A stretch of DNA of 64,000 nucleotides from an uncultured Atopobiaceae bacterium (GTDB lineage: Bacteria; Actinomycetota; Coriobacteriia; Coriobacteriales; Atopobiaceae): the NCBI GenBank assembly GCA_910579165.1, contig CAJTTF010000002.1, positions 41,746 through 105,745 of the forward strand. Direction: 5' to 3'. The notes under the pieces are model-generated. The model ran no database searches and was not told the origin of the DNA. It worked only from the letters and a program-made list of their open reading frames with translations. The position numbers and the translations under genes were made by a program. Positions 63,104 through 64,000 of this stretch are shown here, one piece after another; within the stretch, counting starts at the first letter, position 1, and each line of letters opens with the position of its first letter.

Positions 63104-64000
63104 TACCTCTCATCCTTAGGCGCTCCAAAGCGAATGCGCGGGTCGAGAAATGCGTAAGAAACGTCAACAACGAGGTTGATAACGAGAACAATACCAATAA
63201 TAAGCGTAACGCCCCCCATAACAATGGGCCAATCACGCTGGGATATTGCTCGATAGATTTCATAGCCAATGCCCGGCCAATTGAAAACCGTTTCAGTAAG
63301 AATAGCTCCGGAGAGCATGGCTCCCAAATCAAGGCCAATATAGGTTACAACCGGTATAAGCGCGTTTTTGAGGGCGTGATGATAGATAACCTGGCGACGC
63401 GACAAGCCCTTAGCACGTGCTGTTCTAATGTAATCTTGGTTCATAACCTCTAAGAGCTGAGAGCGCATGATACGCGCAGCATAGGCAGTAGATACGGCCG
63501 CAAGCGTAATGGCTGGCAAGATGTAGTGCACCCAGTCATAAAAAGGTGATGCAGGGCCTCCCGCACCAGAGATTGGGAGGTAGAAAGCATCATTTGTCCA
63601 ATCTTTAAGCCACACGCCAAAGAAGAGCTGGAGTAACATACCCAGCCAAAATGCAGGAATAGCTACAAGGATTGAGGTTGTGAGAGTTACGAGAACATCC
63701 CAAAAAGAATAGCGTTTTATGGCCGATATTAGCCCCGCACCAATACCAACAACCGCCTCTATAACGATGGCGCAGAGGGCAAGTCGAGCAGTATAGGGAA
63801 ACTTTTCAGCAAAGATTTGAGTAACGGGCAGCTTTCTTGCATACGATGTACCCAGATCGCCATGGAGGAGATCACCAAGATAATTAGCGTACTGCTCGTA
63901 CCAAGGCGTTGGAATGGGCTCTCCATTTTCATCGAGAATTGCTTGGCCATTGCCGTCTGTTCTTACAAGATGATTGGCAACGCGGAGCTGCAATTCCACC
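63103..64000 (-). CDS. oppB: Oligopeptide ABC transporter permease (OppB-type); the N-terminus lies beyond the window edge
   Basis: DYIRTARAKGLSRRQVIYHHALKNALIPVVT (EAA loop). The frame stays open to the window end. TAATG overlap with the oppC start. Confidence 0.85.
   Translation of the reverse strand, partial: VELQLRVANHLVRTDGNGQAILDENGEPIPTPWYEQYANYLGDLLHGDLGTSYARKLPVTQIFAEKFPYTARLALCAIVIEAVVGIGAGLISAIKRYSFWDVLVTLTTSILVAIPAFWLGMLLQLFFGVWLKDWTNDAFYLPISGAGGPASPFYDWVHYILPAITLAAVSTAYAARIMRSQLLEVMNQDYIRTARAKGLSRRQVIYHHALKNALIPVVTYIGLDLGAMLSGAILTETVFNWPGIGYEIYRAISQRDWPIVMGGVTLIIGIVLVINLVVDVSYAFLDPRIRFGAPKDER

Noticed and set aside
1-64000. CRISPR arrays, transposases, insertion sequences, toxin-antitoxin pairs or defence islands
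   Set aside because: No regularly spaced direct repeats, no terminal inverted repeats flanking ORFs, and no proteins with transposase, integrase (other than Xer), nuclease-defence or toxin-antitoxin-like features were seen. The window is essentially contiguous housekeeping operons.

Overview
All calls come from reading the supplied ORF translations and the raw sequence by eye. No database or HMM search was run. The window looks like a densely packed, mostly minus-strand housekeeping segment of an actinobacterial chromosome. The gene order xerC, rpsB-tsf-pyrH-frr-uppS-cdsA-dxr-rseP-ispG-proS is typical of Actinomycetota, and the moderate GC content and protein styles suggest a Coriobacteriia-like organism (low-confidence inference). 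About 60 CDS are supportable. They cover translation and ribosome genes (rpsB, tsf, frr, infC-rpmI-rplT, der, proS), isoprenoid and lipid synthesis (dxr, ispG, uppS, cdsA, plsY), and tRNA modification (mnmA with a dedicated cysteine desulfurase, trmFO). They also cover DNA repair (nfo, xseAB, recJ), the stringent response (rel), acetate kinase, a glycerol catabolic cluster, feoAB and an opp ABC transporter. I also located 9 tRNA genes, all with an encoded CCA end, and a type-A RNase P RNA. I saw no CRISPR array, transposase, prophage or obvious defence island. The unusual content is mainly domain architecture. (1) A complete CCA-adding enzyme with HD domain is fused to a glutamate-cysteine-ligase-like domain, and it sits between rnpB/yigZ and tRNA-Gln/tRNA-Glu. 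(2) A RecJ exonuclease is fused to a RecQ-like helicase core. (3) An orphan partner-switching module has a fused STAS-kinase protein and a PAS/GAF-PP2C phosphatase but no sigma factor. Smaller observations are a duplicated tRNA-Val 3' end, a Lys/Ala-rich tail on OppD, a terminator-like infC leader with an ATA start codon, and a degenerate DAG-kinase-like protein.
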